Shown here piece by piece: positions 22,668 through 33,195 of a stretch of 64,000 bases of DNA (the first letter of the stretch is position 1; the number at the start of each line of letters is the position of its first letter). The position numbers and the translations under genes are program-made. The notes beneath the pieces are model-generated. The model did no database searches. It was not told the origin of the DNA and was given only the letters and a program-made list of their open reading frames with translations. The DNA comes from an uncultured Actinomycetota bacterium (GTDB taxonomy: Bacteria > Actinomycetota > Actinomycetes > Propionibacteriales > Propionibacteriaceae): the NCBI GenBank assembly GCA_963773595.1, contig CAVZBQ010000003.1:187655-251654 (forward strand), given 5' to 3'.

Positions 22668-22800
22668 CCCCCGGGCCTTTCCGGCCTGAAACCACCGATG
22701 CTGCGGCCTGTCAGGCGCCCTGCGTGACCGGTCGCCCGGGAGAGGCTTCCAGTGCGCCCGGTAAGGTCTGACGAACACGACCCGGGTGGAGGTGGCCGTC

Positions 22801-25719
22801 ATGCTCATGTTCCTGATCTCAGCCCACCTCGTCCTGGCCCTCGTCGCCCCGCTGCTCACCCGCTTCGTCGGGCACCGTGCGTTCCTGCTGGCGGCGTTGG
22901 CGCCGGCGGCAGCGTTCGCGTGGCTCGTCAGCATCGGCGGGCCGATCCTTGCCGGGCAGCCGCTCACCGAGTCGGTGCCCTGGATCCCCGCTCTCGGGGT
23001 CGTCCTCGGCTTCACCGTCGGCATCGTCCAGTGGACGCTCGCGCTGATCGTCACCGGCATCGGCGCCCTCGTCCTGCTCTACTGCCGCTGGTACTTCGAG
23101 GCCGAGCCGCCCCAGACCCGGGTGGTGGCCCTGCTGACGGCGTTCTGTGCAGCCATGATCGGCCTGGTCACCGCTGACGACCTCATCACCATCTATGTCT
23201 TCTGGGAGGCCACCACGGTCCTCTCCTACCTGCTGATCGGTCACGACCCCACCCGCAGGGCGAACCGGTCGGCGGCCCTCACAGCGTTGATCGTCACGAC
23301 GACCGGCGGGCTGGCCATGCTGGTGGGCTTCCTCGTGCTGGGTCAGGCCGCCGGCACCTTCAGCCTCGCAGCGATCCTCGCCTCCCCGCCGTCCGGCCCG
23401 ACGGTGACCCTCGCGGCGCTCCTCGTGCTCGCGGGGGCGCTGAGCAAGTCCGCCCTTGTGCCCTTCCACTTCTGGCTGCCGGGCGCGATGGCTGCGCCGA
23501 CCCCCATCTCTGCGTACCTGCACGCGGCAGCGATGGTGAAGGCCGGCGTCTACCTGGTCGCCGTGCTCGCCCCTGCCCTCGCAGGAACGCCCGGCTGGCG
23601 TCCGGCGGTCTGGGTGCTCGGCGCGCTGACCCTGTTCCTCGGTGGGTGGCGCGCGCTCCGCCAGGACGACCTCAAGCTGCTGCTGGCCTACGGGACGGTG
23701 AGCCAGCTCGGGTTGCTGATCCTGCTGCTCGGCACCGGCACAAGGGCTGCGGCGCTGGGGGGCCTCGCCATGGTGATCGCCCACGCCCTGTTCAAGTCGA
23801 CCCTCTTCCTCGTCGTCGGCGTCGTCGACCACTCCACCGGCACCCGCAAGCTCAGCGAACTCAGTGGCCTGCGCCACCGGCTCCCGGTGACAGCGACGAT
23901 CGCCGCCATCGCTGCTGCGTCCATGGCCGGCATCCCACCCACGCTCGGGTTCATCGCGAAGGAGGCAGGGCTCGAGGGCGTCGCCAACCTGGCCCTGACC
24001 GGGGATGGCACCGGCATCGCTCCCGTCCCTGCCTGGGCGTTGTTGGTCGTGGTCATCCTCGGCTCGGCCATCACCGTCGCCTACTCCCTGCGGTTCTGGT
24101 GGGGAGCGTTCGGCACCAAGGCAGGCGTCCCGGAAGCCGTCGTCGGGCACCGTCCGGCCGCCGGGTTCGTCGTCGCCCCAGCCCTGCTCGGCCTCGCCTG
24201 CCTTGCCGCCGGTTTCCTCGGCGACCCGCTCGCCACAGCCATCGCACCCTATGCAGAGACCCTCGGGGTGGGCGCGGAGAGCCACGGGCTGAAGCTCGTC
24301 CCGGCCCTCGGCCTTCCGCTGCTGGCTTCTGCGATCGCGATCGCCGGTGGTGCGGTCCTGTTCTGGCAGCGGGAGCAGATCGCGGCGATCCAGCAGACCT
24401 TCCCGAAGGTGCCGGGCGCCGTGGACTTCTACCGGGCCACCATGCTGGGCGTCGACCGGTTGGCCGTGGAGGTCACCGCGCGGACCCAGCGCGGCTCGCT
24501 GGCCCAGTACGTCGGCACGATCCTCGTGGTCGTGACCGCCTCGATCTTCATCACCCTCTCCGGCGTCCGGGCCTGGCCGGCTGTGCGGCTGGCCGACAAC
24601 CCTGGCCAGGTGGCCGTTGCCCTGCTCACAGCCGTCGCAGCCGTCCTTGTCGCGACGTCGCGCGGACGGCTCCGTGCCGTGCTGCTGCTGGGCGTCACCG
24701 GCTACGGCACCGGCATGCTCTTCCTCCTGCACGGCGCCCCCGACCTCGCCCTCACCCAGGTGCTGGTGGAGACGGTGTCGCTGCTGGTCTTCCTGCTCGT
24801 GCTGCGCAAGCTGCCCAAGTTCTTCACCGAGCGGCCGCACACCTCTGGACGCTGGTGGCGGATCGTGATCGCTGCCGGCACCGGGCTGGCGTTCAGCCTC
24901 GTCGCGCTGCTGATGCTGGGTTCGCGGACGGCGACCCCGGTGTCCGCGCCGTACCCGGACACCGCCTACTCCTTCGGGTACGGGAACAACATCGTCAACG
25001 TCGTGCTGGTGGACACCCGTGCCTGGGACACCATCGGTGAGATCGCCGTGCTGAGCATCGCTGCCACCGGGGTGGCGAGCCTGATCTTCCTGCGCGGCCG
25101 CACCGGACCGCTGCAGCGCGCGTCCGTGCCGCCCGAAGGTCCGACCAGGGGCTGGCTGCAGGGCAGCCGTTCGATGCCGGCGGCGCAGCGCTCGCTCATC
25201 TTCGAGGTGGTTACCCGGCTCCTGTTCCCGGTGATGATCCTGGTCTCGCTCTACCTGCTGATCGCCGGCCACAACCTGCCCGGCGGCGGCTTCGCCGGTG
25301 GCCTCGTCGCCGGGACGGCACTCCTGATCCGCTACCTCGCCGGCGGTGGCCAGGAACTGAACGAGGCCCTGCCCGTCCCGGCCGGAGCGCTGCTGGGCAG
25401 CGGGCTCGCCCTCTCCGTGCTGACGGCGGTCTTCCCGCTCGCCTTCGGCGGCCTCATCTTCCAGAGCTACGACATCCACCTCCGGATCCCCGGCTGGGAG
25501 AGTCTCGCGACACCCTGGGGGAACTGGACGCTGCTCGGCGACATCCACCTGGTCACGTCGACCCTCTTCGACATCGGCGTCTACCTCGTCGTGCTCGGCA
25601 TGATGCTCGACCTCGGTCGCAGCCTCGGCACCGGCATCGACGTCCACGCCAAGGACGAGCTGACGCCGGCGCCGGTGCCCGACTCCCACCACGCCATGCC
25701 CGGACGGAGGTGGACCTGA
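22801..25719 (+). CDS. mrpA: Mrp Na+/H+ antiporter subunit A (A-B fusion)
   Basis: KSALVPFHFWLPGAMAAPTPISAYLHAAAMVKAG; NIVNVVLVDTRAWDT; GHNLPGGGFAGG. Confidence 0.96.
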   Translation: MLMFLISAHLVLALVAPLLTRFVGHRAFLLAALAPAAAFAWLVSIGGPILAGQPLTESVPWIPALGVVLGFTVGIVQWTLALIVTGIGALVLLYCRWYFEAEPPQTRVVALLTAFCAAMIGLVTADDLITIYVFWEATTVLSYLLIGHDPTRRANRSAALTALIVTTTGGLAMLVGFLVLGQAAGTFSLAAILASPPSGPTVTLAALLVLAGALSKSALVPFHFWLPGAMAAPTPISAYLHAAAMVKAGVYLVAVLAPALAGTPGWRPAVWVLGALTLFLGGWRALRQDDLKLLLAYGTVSQLGLLILLLGTGTRAAALGGLAMVIAHALFKSTLFLVVGVVDHSTGTRKLSELSGLRHRLPVTATIAAIAAASMAGIPPTLGFIAKEAGLEGVANLALTGDGTGIAPVPAWALLVVVILGSAITVAYSLRFWWGAFGTKAGVPEAVVGHRPAAGFVVAPALLGLACLAAGFLGDPLATAIAPYAETLGVGAESHGLKLVPALGLPLLASAIAIAGGAVLFWQREQIAAIQQTFPKVPGAVDFYRATMLGVDRLAVEVTARTQRGSLAQYVGTILVVVTASIFITLSGVRAWPAVRLADNPGQVAVALLTAVAAVLVATSRGRLRAVLLLGVTGYGTGMLFLLHGAPDLALTQVLVETVSLLVFLLVLRKLPKFFTERPHTSGRWWRIVIAAGTGLAFSLVALLMLGSRTATPVSAPYPDTAYSFGYGNNIVNVVLVDTRAWDTIGEIAVLSIAATGVASLIFLRGRTGPLQRASVPPEGPTRGWLQGSRSMPAAQRSLIFEVVTRLLFPVMILVSLYLLIAGHNLPGGGFAGGLVAGTALLIRYLAGGGQELNEALPVPAGALLGSGLALSVLTAVFPLAFGGLIFQSYDIHLRIPGWESLATPWGNWTLLGDIHLVTSTLFDIGVYLVVLGMMLDLGRSLGTGIDVHAKDELTPAPVPDSHHAMPGRRWT

Positions 25720-26149
25720 TGCCGGCCAACCTGACCCTCGCGCTGGTCGGCGGGCATCCTGATCGCCTGCGGGGTGTACCTGATCACCGAACGGTCGCTG
25801 TCGCGGATCCTCGTCGGGGTGGTGCTGGCCAGCAACGGCGTCAACGTGCTGTTCCTCGTCGCGTCCGGACCGGCCGGCGGTGCCCCGATCATCGGCCTCA
25901 CGCCGGCGGCCCTGATGAGCGACCCGCTCGCCGCAGGCGATGGTGCTCACCGCGATCGTGATCACCCTGAGCGTCGCTGCCTTCGTGATGACCATGGCGT
26001 ACCGGAGCTTCCAGATCAACGGCAACGACGAGGTGGCAGACGACATCGAGGACGCCCGGATCGCAGCCCTCGCCGAGGCCGACCTCACCTCCGAGACCTA
26101 TGAGGACCTGGGCTTCTCCGACACCGGCGAGGACGTGGTGAGCGAATGA
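25719..26149 (+). CDS. mrpC: Mrp antiporter subunit C (frameshifted)
   Basis: GVYLI.ERSL.RI..G, DPL.QAMVLTAIVI across frames. Confidence 0.9.
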
Positions 26150-27671
26150 ACAACCTGCTCGCCGTCCCCACCCTGCTGTGCCTCCTCGGCGCGGCCGTGA
26201 CCTTCGTCGCCGGTCGCCATCCCGCCTTCCAGCGTGCTGTCTCCGTGACCGCCGTCGCGGCGGTCTGCGCCGTGGCGGGTCTGCTCGTGTGGCTCACCGA
26301 CACGGCCCCGCTGGTGCTGTGGGTCGGCGACTGGCCGAAGCCGCTCGGGATCGTCCTCGTCGCCGACCGGCTGGCTGCGCTGATGCTCCTCGTCGCCGCG
26401 CTGGTCTCGCTGGCCGTCCTCGTCTACTCCACCGGGCAGGACGAGGACGAGATGCGCCGCGAGACGCCGGTGTCGATCTTCCACCCCACGTTCCTGCTGC
26501 TGGTCGCAGGGGTCTCCAACGCCTTCCTCGCCGGCGACCTCTTCAACCTCTTCGTCAGCTTCGAGCTGCTGCTCTTCGCCTCCTACGTGCTGCTCACGAT
26601 GGGCGGCACCGAGGACCGTATCCGCGCAGGCAGCGTCTACGTCGTGGTGAACCTGGTGTCGTCCTCGCTGTTCCTCGTGCGATCGCGAGCATCTACGCTG
26701 CGACCGGAACCGTGAACCTCGCCCAGCTGGCGCTGCGGCTCGGCGACCTCCCGGTCGAGGTGCGCGGCGTCCTGCAGGTGATGCTGCTGGCCGTCTTCGC
26801 CATCAAGGCCGCCGTGTTCCCGCTGTCCGCCTGGCTGCCGCACTCCTACCCCACGGCACCGGCGCCGGTGACGGCCGTGTTCGCCGGCCTGCTCACCAAG
26901 GTCGGGGTGTACGCGATCATCCGCACCCAGACGCTGCTGTTCCAGGCCGAACCGCTCACCCTCCTGCTGGGGGTGGCCGGCGTTGCGACGATGGTGATCG
27001 GGATCCTCGGCGCGATCGCGCAGACCGAGATCAAGCGAATGCTGTCCTTCACCCTGGTCAGCCACATCGGCTACATGATCTTCGGCGTCGCCCTTGCCAC
27101 GCCCGCTGCGCTCGCCGGCTCGATCTACTACGCGGCCCACCACATCACCATCCAGGCAACGCTGTTCCTCGTCGCGGGACTCATGGAACGGGTCGGGGGC
27201 TCCACCTCGCTCGACCGGCTGGGAGGGCTCGCCAAGCTCTCCCCGCTGCTGGGCGTGCTCTTCTTCGTCCCGGCGATGAACCTCGCCGGCATCCCGCCGT
27301 TGTCCGGCTTCATCGCCAAGCTCGGCCTGCTGCAGGCCGGTGTCGCGGACGGGACGCCGATCGCCTGGGTGCTGGTGGTTGCCGGCGTCGCCACCTCGCT
27401 GCTCACCCTCTACGCCATGGCGAAGGTCTGGAACCGGGCGTTCTGGGGGGTCGCTCCGGAATCCGTCCTCGAGTCGTCCGGCAGCTATGACTCCCCCGAG
27501 CGCGGCCGGCTGCTGCCAAGGCTGATGGTGGGCTCAACCCTTGGACTCATCGGCCTCGCGTTGGCGTTCACCTTCTTCGCCGGCGACCTGTACGGCTATG
27601 TGGAGCGCTCGGCGTCAGCCCTCTTCGACCCCAGCTACATCGCCGCAGTACTCCCGGAGGGCACGAGATGA
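26146..27671 (+). CDS. mrpD: Mrp antiporter subunit D (frameshift near 26680)
   Basis: GDLFNLFVSFE, IKAAVFPL.AWLP.SYP, LLTKVGVY, NLAGIPPLSGF. Confidence 0.93.
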
Positions 27672-28204
27672 CCGCGACCAACCGACTGCGGTTCCGCTTC
27701 CAGTGGCGGGCGGTGATCCTGCTGGCCGCCATCTGGGTCCTGCTCTGGGGCGATCCGTCCCTGCTGAACATCCTCTCCGGCGCCCTGCTCGGGTGGCTGG
27801 TGACCGTGGTGTTCTGGCTTGCCCCCATCCGGTACTACGGCAGGGTGCACCCGTGGCGGTTACTGGTCCTCCTTGCCACCCAGCTGCGGGAGCTCGCCGT
27901 CGCTTCCTTCCAGCTCGCTGCTGTGGCGTTCCGGCCCCGGGTGCAGCTGCGCCCGGGGGTCGTGCGGGTGGAGCTGCGCAGCAACAACGACCTGTACCAG
28001 GTCGGGTTGGCGCAACTGATCTCGATCGTCCCCGGCACCCTTGTCGTCGAGGTGGTGCGGCGACCCCGGCTGTTGTACCTGCACGTCTTCGACCTGCCCG
28101 ACGACGCCAGCATCGAGGCCGAGCGCACCCATGCCCTGACCCTCGAGCGACGCCTGGTCGAGGCAATCGGCAGCACCTCGGAGATCGAGGCGGTGCGGCG
28201 ATGA
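27668..28204 (+). CDS. mrpE: Mrp antiporter subunit E
   Basis: W.LLWG, ISIVPGTLVV, LYLHVFD. Confidence 0.92.
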   Translation: MTATNRLRFRFQWRAVILLAAIWVLLWGDPSLLNILSGALLGWLVTVVFWLAPIRYYGRVHPWRLLVLLATQLRELAVASFQLAAVAFRPRVQLRPGVVRVELRSNNDLYQVGLAQLISIVPGTLVVEVVRRPRLLYLHVFDLPDDASIEAERTHALTLERRLVEAIGSTSEIEAVRR

Positions 28205-28512
28205 TCTACATCCTCGGCGCAGCGGCGGTGATGCTCAGCATCGCGGCGATCCTCACCCTGTGGCGGCTCGTGGCCGGCCCGACCCCGCTCGACCGGATCA
28301 TCGCCTCCGACGTGATCGTCGCGATCGCGATCGCTGCTGTGGCGGTCTACTCGGTCATCGCAGGCAATGCCACGGGCCTGCCGATCGTCCTCGGGCTTTC
28401 GCTGGTCGGCTTCACGGGGGCTGTGGGGGTCGCCCGGCTCATCTCCTCCTCCGAGGGCGTCCGCCGGCTCTTCGATCGCCGCCAGGCCATGAAGGACGAC
28501 GATGACCGCTGA
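28201..28512 (+). CDS. mrpF: Mrp antiporter subunit F
   Basis: RLVAGPTPLDRIIASD, GFTGAVGVAR. Confidence 0.92.
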   Translation: MIYILGAAAVMLSIAAILTLWRLVAGPTPLDRIIASDVIVAIAIAAVAVYSVIAGNATGLPIVLGLSLVGFTGAVGVARLISSSEGVRRLFDRRQAMKDDDDR

Positions 28513-28858
28513 ACTGGTGATGGACTACCTCGGCGCGCTCTGCCTCGCTGCAGGGGCCCTCTTCGCCCTTGCTGCCGCGGTGGGACTCGTCCGCTTCCCC
28601 GATCCGCTCAGCCGGATGCACGCTGCGACCAAGCCCGCCGTCTTCGGACTGGTGCTGGTGCTACTGGGCGTTGCCCTCACCCTGCGCGACCCCAAGGTGA
28701 TCACCCTTGTCACGTTCGCCGTCGTGATGCAGGTGATGACGGCGCCCGTCTCCGGGCACCTCGTCGCCCGCACCGCCCACCGCACCGGGCAGTGGGATGC
28801 CGAACACGCCGTGGTGGACGAGCTGGCCGACGACCAGGCCGCAGACAAGGACGACTAG
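28502..28858 (+). CDS. mrpG: Mrp antiporter subunit G
   Basis: GLVRFPD.LSRMHAATKP, TAPVSGH. Confidence 0.93.
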   Translation: MTAELVMDYLGALCLAAGALFALAAAVGLVRFPDPLSRMHAATKPAVFGLVLVLLGVALTLRDPKVITLVTFAVVMQVMTAPVSGHLVARTAHRTGQWDAEHAVVDELADDQAADKDD

Positions 28859-28895
28859 GCACGCTCCCCCTTCCCGACATGCCAGAAGGGTGCGG

Positions 28896-29482
28896 TCACC
28901 AGTCGAGGTGGCCGGGCACGATCCGGGGGCTCGGGCGGTAGGCGGAGACGGTGGGATCGCCGTCGGCCCAGAAGCGCCACGGACGCCGGTGGGCGACGCT
29001 GACCCCGACGCGCGGCCCCGCGGCCACCGTCCCGGTGGGCCGTCCCGGGCTGCCAGCTCGAGGTCGCCGGCGGCGAAGCGGCGCCCCGAGTCGGCCAGCG
29101 TCCAGCCGAGGGCGCGGCCGAAGTTGCCCGGCCCACGGGCGAGGGCAGCATCGGGGACCCCTGGCCGGCGTTCACGCACGATGTCGATGCCGGCGACCAC
29201 CCGTCCGGCTCGCAGCAGCACCGCCGATCCCCCGCCCTCGACGCCGCAGACCACGTTGCCGCAGGTGTGCAGGCCGTGCGACAGGTAGCAGTACAGCGTC
29301 CCCGGCGGGCCGAACAGGTGCAGCGTGCGCGGCCGCGGACCGATGAACGCGTGCGCAGCCGGGTCGTCCGCGCCGGCGTAGGCCTCCACCTCCGTCAGCC
29401 GTACGGTCACGCCGCCGTCGGTGAGCAGGGCACCGACCAGCAACGGCGCCAGGTCAACGGCGGGCAGGGTGAGGTCGAGCAC
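28896..29482 (-). CDS. mpg: DNA-3-methyladenine glycosylase (AAG/MPG family; frameshift near 29030)
   Basis: LTEVEAY, DPAAHA, YLSHGLH, AVLLRA, LARGPG; GPRVGV..PWRFW in the shifted frame. Confidence 0.9.
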
Positions 29483-29520
29483 AGCGTCCAGTCTGCTCCT
29501 GCTCGCGCTACCCTCGACGG

Positions 29521-30457
29521 GTGACCAGCCGTCCTCGCGCAGCAGCGATCATCGGCTGGGTGCTCGCTGTCGCGATGACCGGCTGCGTCCCGGTGCCCAC
29601 CAGCGCGCCGACAATCGGCGAGCAGCCCCGCCTCGACGCCCGCCGATCCAGACTTCACGGAGCCCGGCGCCGCTGCGTCCATGGTGACCTCGCTGCTCAC
29701 TGACGCCGGCAGCCGAGCAGGCCCTGATGGTCGAGATCGCCAAGGACAGCGTGCAGGTGAGCGTCCTCTCCGCTGAGGGCAAGCCGGTCACCTGGGCCCA
29801 CAGGGACGGCAAGTCGGCCGAGGTGCCCAGCGACCTCGCCTACGTCGACCAGGCCACCTTCGACGTGTCCCGGTTCAACATCTCCAATGTCGGCGGGCTC
29901 TTCCGTGCGGCTGCCAGCATGTCGGGCTCCGAGGAGCACCAGAGCCTCACCATCGTCGACTACTCCGGCGGTGAGGTGGTCATGTCGGTCTCGACCCTGC
30001 CCGGAATCGCGCACGGTCTTCTTCAACCCCGACGGCTCGCTGCTCGAGCCGCTGAACTTCGACGCCCCCGGCGGCATCGCCAACGGCATCAAGGAGGCGA
30101 TCGGGCTCCAGCTCACCGTCTACTCGGTCACGGTGCAGTCCGACCAGGGCGCCTGGGCCGACTACCCCGGCGACAAGGAGGGCACGACGGTGCGTCGCAC
30201 GCGCACGGCGAAGGTGCCCGTCACGACCAACACCCGCAACGAGACCTCCAGCCTGCAGGTCTTCCTTGCCGCGCGGATCCACCCGGATGCTGTCTGGAAG
30301 ATCGTGGACGCCGTCCGCGGCACCACCGACGTGCCGGAGGACGCCAAGTGGAGCGTCGTCATCGAGGATCGCGACCACACCGGCGTGCCGCGGATGTACT
30401 TCACGCATCGGCTCCAAGTCGGTGACCACCGACCTGAACGGCGCCGTCATCGCGTGA
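29521..30457 (+). CDS. Hypothetical lipoprotein (multiple frameshifts)
   Basis: Signal peptide with lipobox MTGC; coding-like segments in three successive frames. Confidence 0.6.
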
Positions 30458-31488
30458 CCAGGACCTCACCGACCGGCTCGGGAGCGCTGACCAGCACGTA
30501 CTCGATGTTGCGTTCCGGGCCCGGGGACGCCGACCTTGCGGCCGTCGGGGCCGAACACCCCGAGGCGCTGGCCGATGTAGCGCCGGGTGTCGAAGGCCAG
30601 CACCTCGACCGGGTGGCCCCGCACCTCGCACATCTCGACAAGGGCAGGCAGCCCGACGAAGCCCTCGTTGTTGAACGACACCACGACGGTGTCCGCCCGC
30701 ACGGCCTCGATCACCCCTGCGAGCGCGGAAGCGATCGTGCGCTTGGAGTTGAACGGGCTGCGGGTGGCGTCGTCGCGGGCGTCCACCCGCTTGCAGGCCA
30801 CCCCGTAGTGCTCGGGGGCGTCCCAGCGCACGAGGGTCTCCCACACGTGGTAGTTCGTGAAGTAGCGGTGCTGGTTGTACGGCGGGTCGAGGTAGGCGAC
30901 GTCCATCGGCTCGAGGGTCGGCACGATGGTGGCTGCGTCGCCGCGCAGCGCCCGTCCGGTGCCGGGGGTGAGTTCCGGCGCCTTCAGCCGCAGGGGACGC
31001 AGCGCGCGCGGCGCCCACTCCTTGAGGTAGGCCATCTGGAGCCCGACGGTGGAGTCGACGCGGTCGGCGGCCTCCAGCAGCGCCGTCAGCAGGACCGGAC
31101 GCAGCCGGTGGTCGCCGTAGAGGTCGTCGATGCCGTCGCGGATCGCGTCGATGCGCACGCCGTTGTCGGGGTGGAAGTAGCGGGCCTGCTCACAGAAGAC
31201 CTCCGTCACGTAGCCGCGCCGGCCCGGCAGCGCCTGCAGGCGGGCCAGCGCCTCGGCCAGCTCCTCGGCGTCCACCTCCGCAGCGTCGGTGACCACGTAG
31301 CACTGGGCGAGCACCTCGGAGTAGGCGGCGGTGTCGACGCAGGTGGTGAAGCCGCCCTGCCGGTTGAACTCCTGCGCCACCCGGGTGGTGCCGGTGAACA
31401 GGTCGAGGCCGGTCCGCGCTCCCGCAGCGGCGAACAGCCTGCCCAGCTCGCCGACGAGGCGGCGCTTCGAGCCGAGGTACTTGATCAC
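30447..31488 (-). CDS. Adenine-specific DNA methyltransferase (D12/Dam-like class), orphan; frameshift near 3' end
   Basis: IKYLGSKRRL, DLFTGTTRV (motif I), YLDPPYNQH (motif IV). Confidence 0.9.
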
Positions 31489-31498
31489 TGTTGCATCG

Positions 31499-32363
31499 TC
31501 AGGGGGCTGTGGCAGCGAAGGTGTCGCACTTGTTCGCGTCACCGGAGTTGAACCCGACGGCGAGCCACTTCCTGCGCATCGCCGACGAGCCGTGGGTCCA
31601 CGACTCCGGTGAGACCTGGCCGGTGGAGCGCAGCTGGATGCGGTCGTCGCCGACGGCCTTGGCTGCGTCAACGGCGTTGGCGAGGTCGTCCGCCGTGATG
31701 GTCTGGATCGGCGAGTTCGGGTCCTTGGTCGCGTTGGCCAGCCACACCCCGGCGTAGCAGTCGGCCTGCAGCTCCAGCCGCACCTGCGCCGACTTCGGGC
31801 CGGTGCCCTGGTAGCTCTGCGCCTTGGCGAGGGTGCCGGTGAGGTCGGAGATGTGGTGGCCGTACTCGTGGGCGATCACGTAGGCCTCCGCCGCGTCCCC
31901 GCCCTTGGCGCCGAGCTGGCCCTTGCAGCATCTCGTCGAAGAAGGTGCCCTCGAGGTAGACGATCTTGTCGGCCGGGCAGTAGAACGGCCCGACCTCCGC
32001 CGTCGCCGTCCCGCAGCCGGTGGCGATCTGGCCGTCGAACACCTGCGTCTGCGTCTGCTGGTAGCCCGAGTACGCCTTCGCCCAGTAGGCCTGGATCGAG
32101 TTGGTGTAGGCGACGAAGCGGCAGTCGCGGTCCTTGGAGATGTCGGTGACGGTCTTGCAGTGCGCGAACCGGTTGGTCTCTGCCGTCGTCGGGGTGCCTG
32201 CCGTGGTCCCGCCGAGCAGGTCGGAGGGGTTCAGCCCGAACAGCATCGCGACGATCGCGACGAGGATGGCAGCCCCGCCGCCGAGGGCTACGGTGGTGCC
32301 GCGCCGCCCCCCGCCGGAGCCCATCTGGGAGGAATCCAGCTTCGCGCCCGATCTGTACTGCAC
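31499..32363 (-). CDS. Neutral zinc metallopeptidase (YpfJ family; frameshift near 31915)
   Basis: TGCG.A...GPFYCPAD, AHEYGHH, ELQADCYAG, WTHGSS. Confidence 0.92.
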
Positions 32364-32479
32364 GTCGTGCACCTCCATCGTCTGGCTGGTCAGCATACCG
32401 AGCGGGCCTCGGGTTACCACTGGGTTACCTGGCGGGGAGCCAACTTGGTTAGGCGCTACCTGCGGGACATGATGGACAG

Positions 32480-33181
32480 ATGCGGATCATCGGCGTGGAA
32501 ATGCCCGGGGGGTCGCCGGTGTTCACCGGCACGCTCGGCCACGGCGCCGACCCGCACCGGCTGGCCTGGGAGAAGGGCTACCGCATCGTGCGTCCGCTCT
32601 CCGCCACCGGCGGCGCCCCCGACCTCACGCTGACCGTGCAGGTGGGTCGCCACGGCCGCAACAGCGTGCTCACCGCACCCAAGACCCGCTCGATGGATCC
32701 CGACCTCGACCTTGCCGTCGAGGCGCCGCCGGTGGTGCGCCAGCGACTCGCCGCGTACGGCATCGTCCTCTCGTCCCGCGGCCTGCTCGCCACACAGTTC
32801 TCCGACCTCACCGCCGTCCCCGGCCTGTGGGGCCTGCCGGGCGGCGGCATCGATCCCGGCGAGAGCCCCAGCCACGCGCTCATCCGCGAGGTGGCGGAGG
32901 AGACCGGCCAGGAACCCGACATCTCGCACCTGCTCGACGTGCAGACCGACCACTGGATCGGACGCTCGCCCGCCCGGGTGGTGGAGGACTTCCACGCCGT
33001 CCGGATCATCTACGCGGCCGCGTGCTCCGCCCCGTCCGACCCGATCGTGAACGACAGCGGCGGCACGACGGCCGCGGCGGAGTGGGTTCCGCTCGAGCGC
33101 TGGGCGCACGTGGCGTGGGCCTCCGGTGCGAGGGCGCTGCTGGATCGCCACCTGCGCGACCTTGCCCGCACCCTCGTCTGA
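32480..33181 (+). CDS. NUDIX hydrolase
   Basis: Nudix box GGGIDPGESPSHALIREVAEETG. Confidence 0.9.
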   Translation: MRIIGVEMPGGSPVFTGTLGHGADPHRLAWEKGYRIVRPLSATGGAPDLTLTVQVGRHGRNSVLTAPKTRSMDPDLDLAVEAPPVVRQRLAAYGIVLSSRGLLATQFSDLTAVPGLWGLPGGGIDPGESPSHALIREVAEETGQEPDISHLLDVQTDHWIGRSPARVVEDFHAVRIIYAAACSAPSDPIVNDSGGTTAAAEWVPLERWAHVAWASGARALLDRHLRDLARTLV

Positions 33182-33195
33182 TCAGCCCCGGCTGA

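Noticed and set aside
22670-22800. Known Na+/Li+ riboswitch (nhaA-I/II, DUF1646 type) in the mrpA leader
   Set aside because: I could not recognise the consensus by eye, and a -10-like TAAGGT close to the start implies a short leader; an Rfam search would settle it.
22819-26088. Long antisense ORFs (e.g. 1089 aa opposite mrpA, 869 aa opposite GH65, 778 aa opposite acs)
   Set aside because: Shadow ORFs expected from high-GC codon bias; no recognisable domains.
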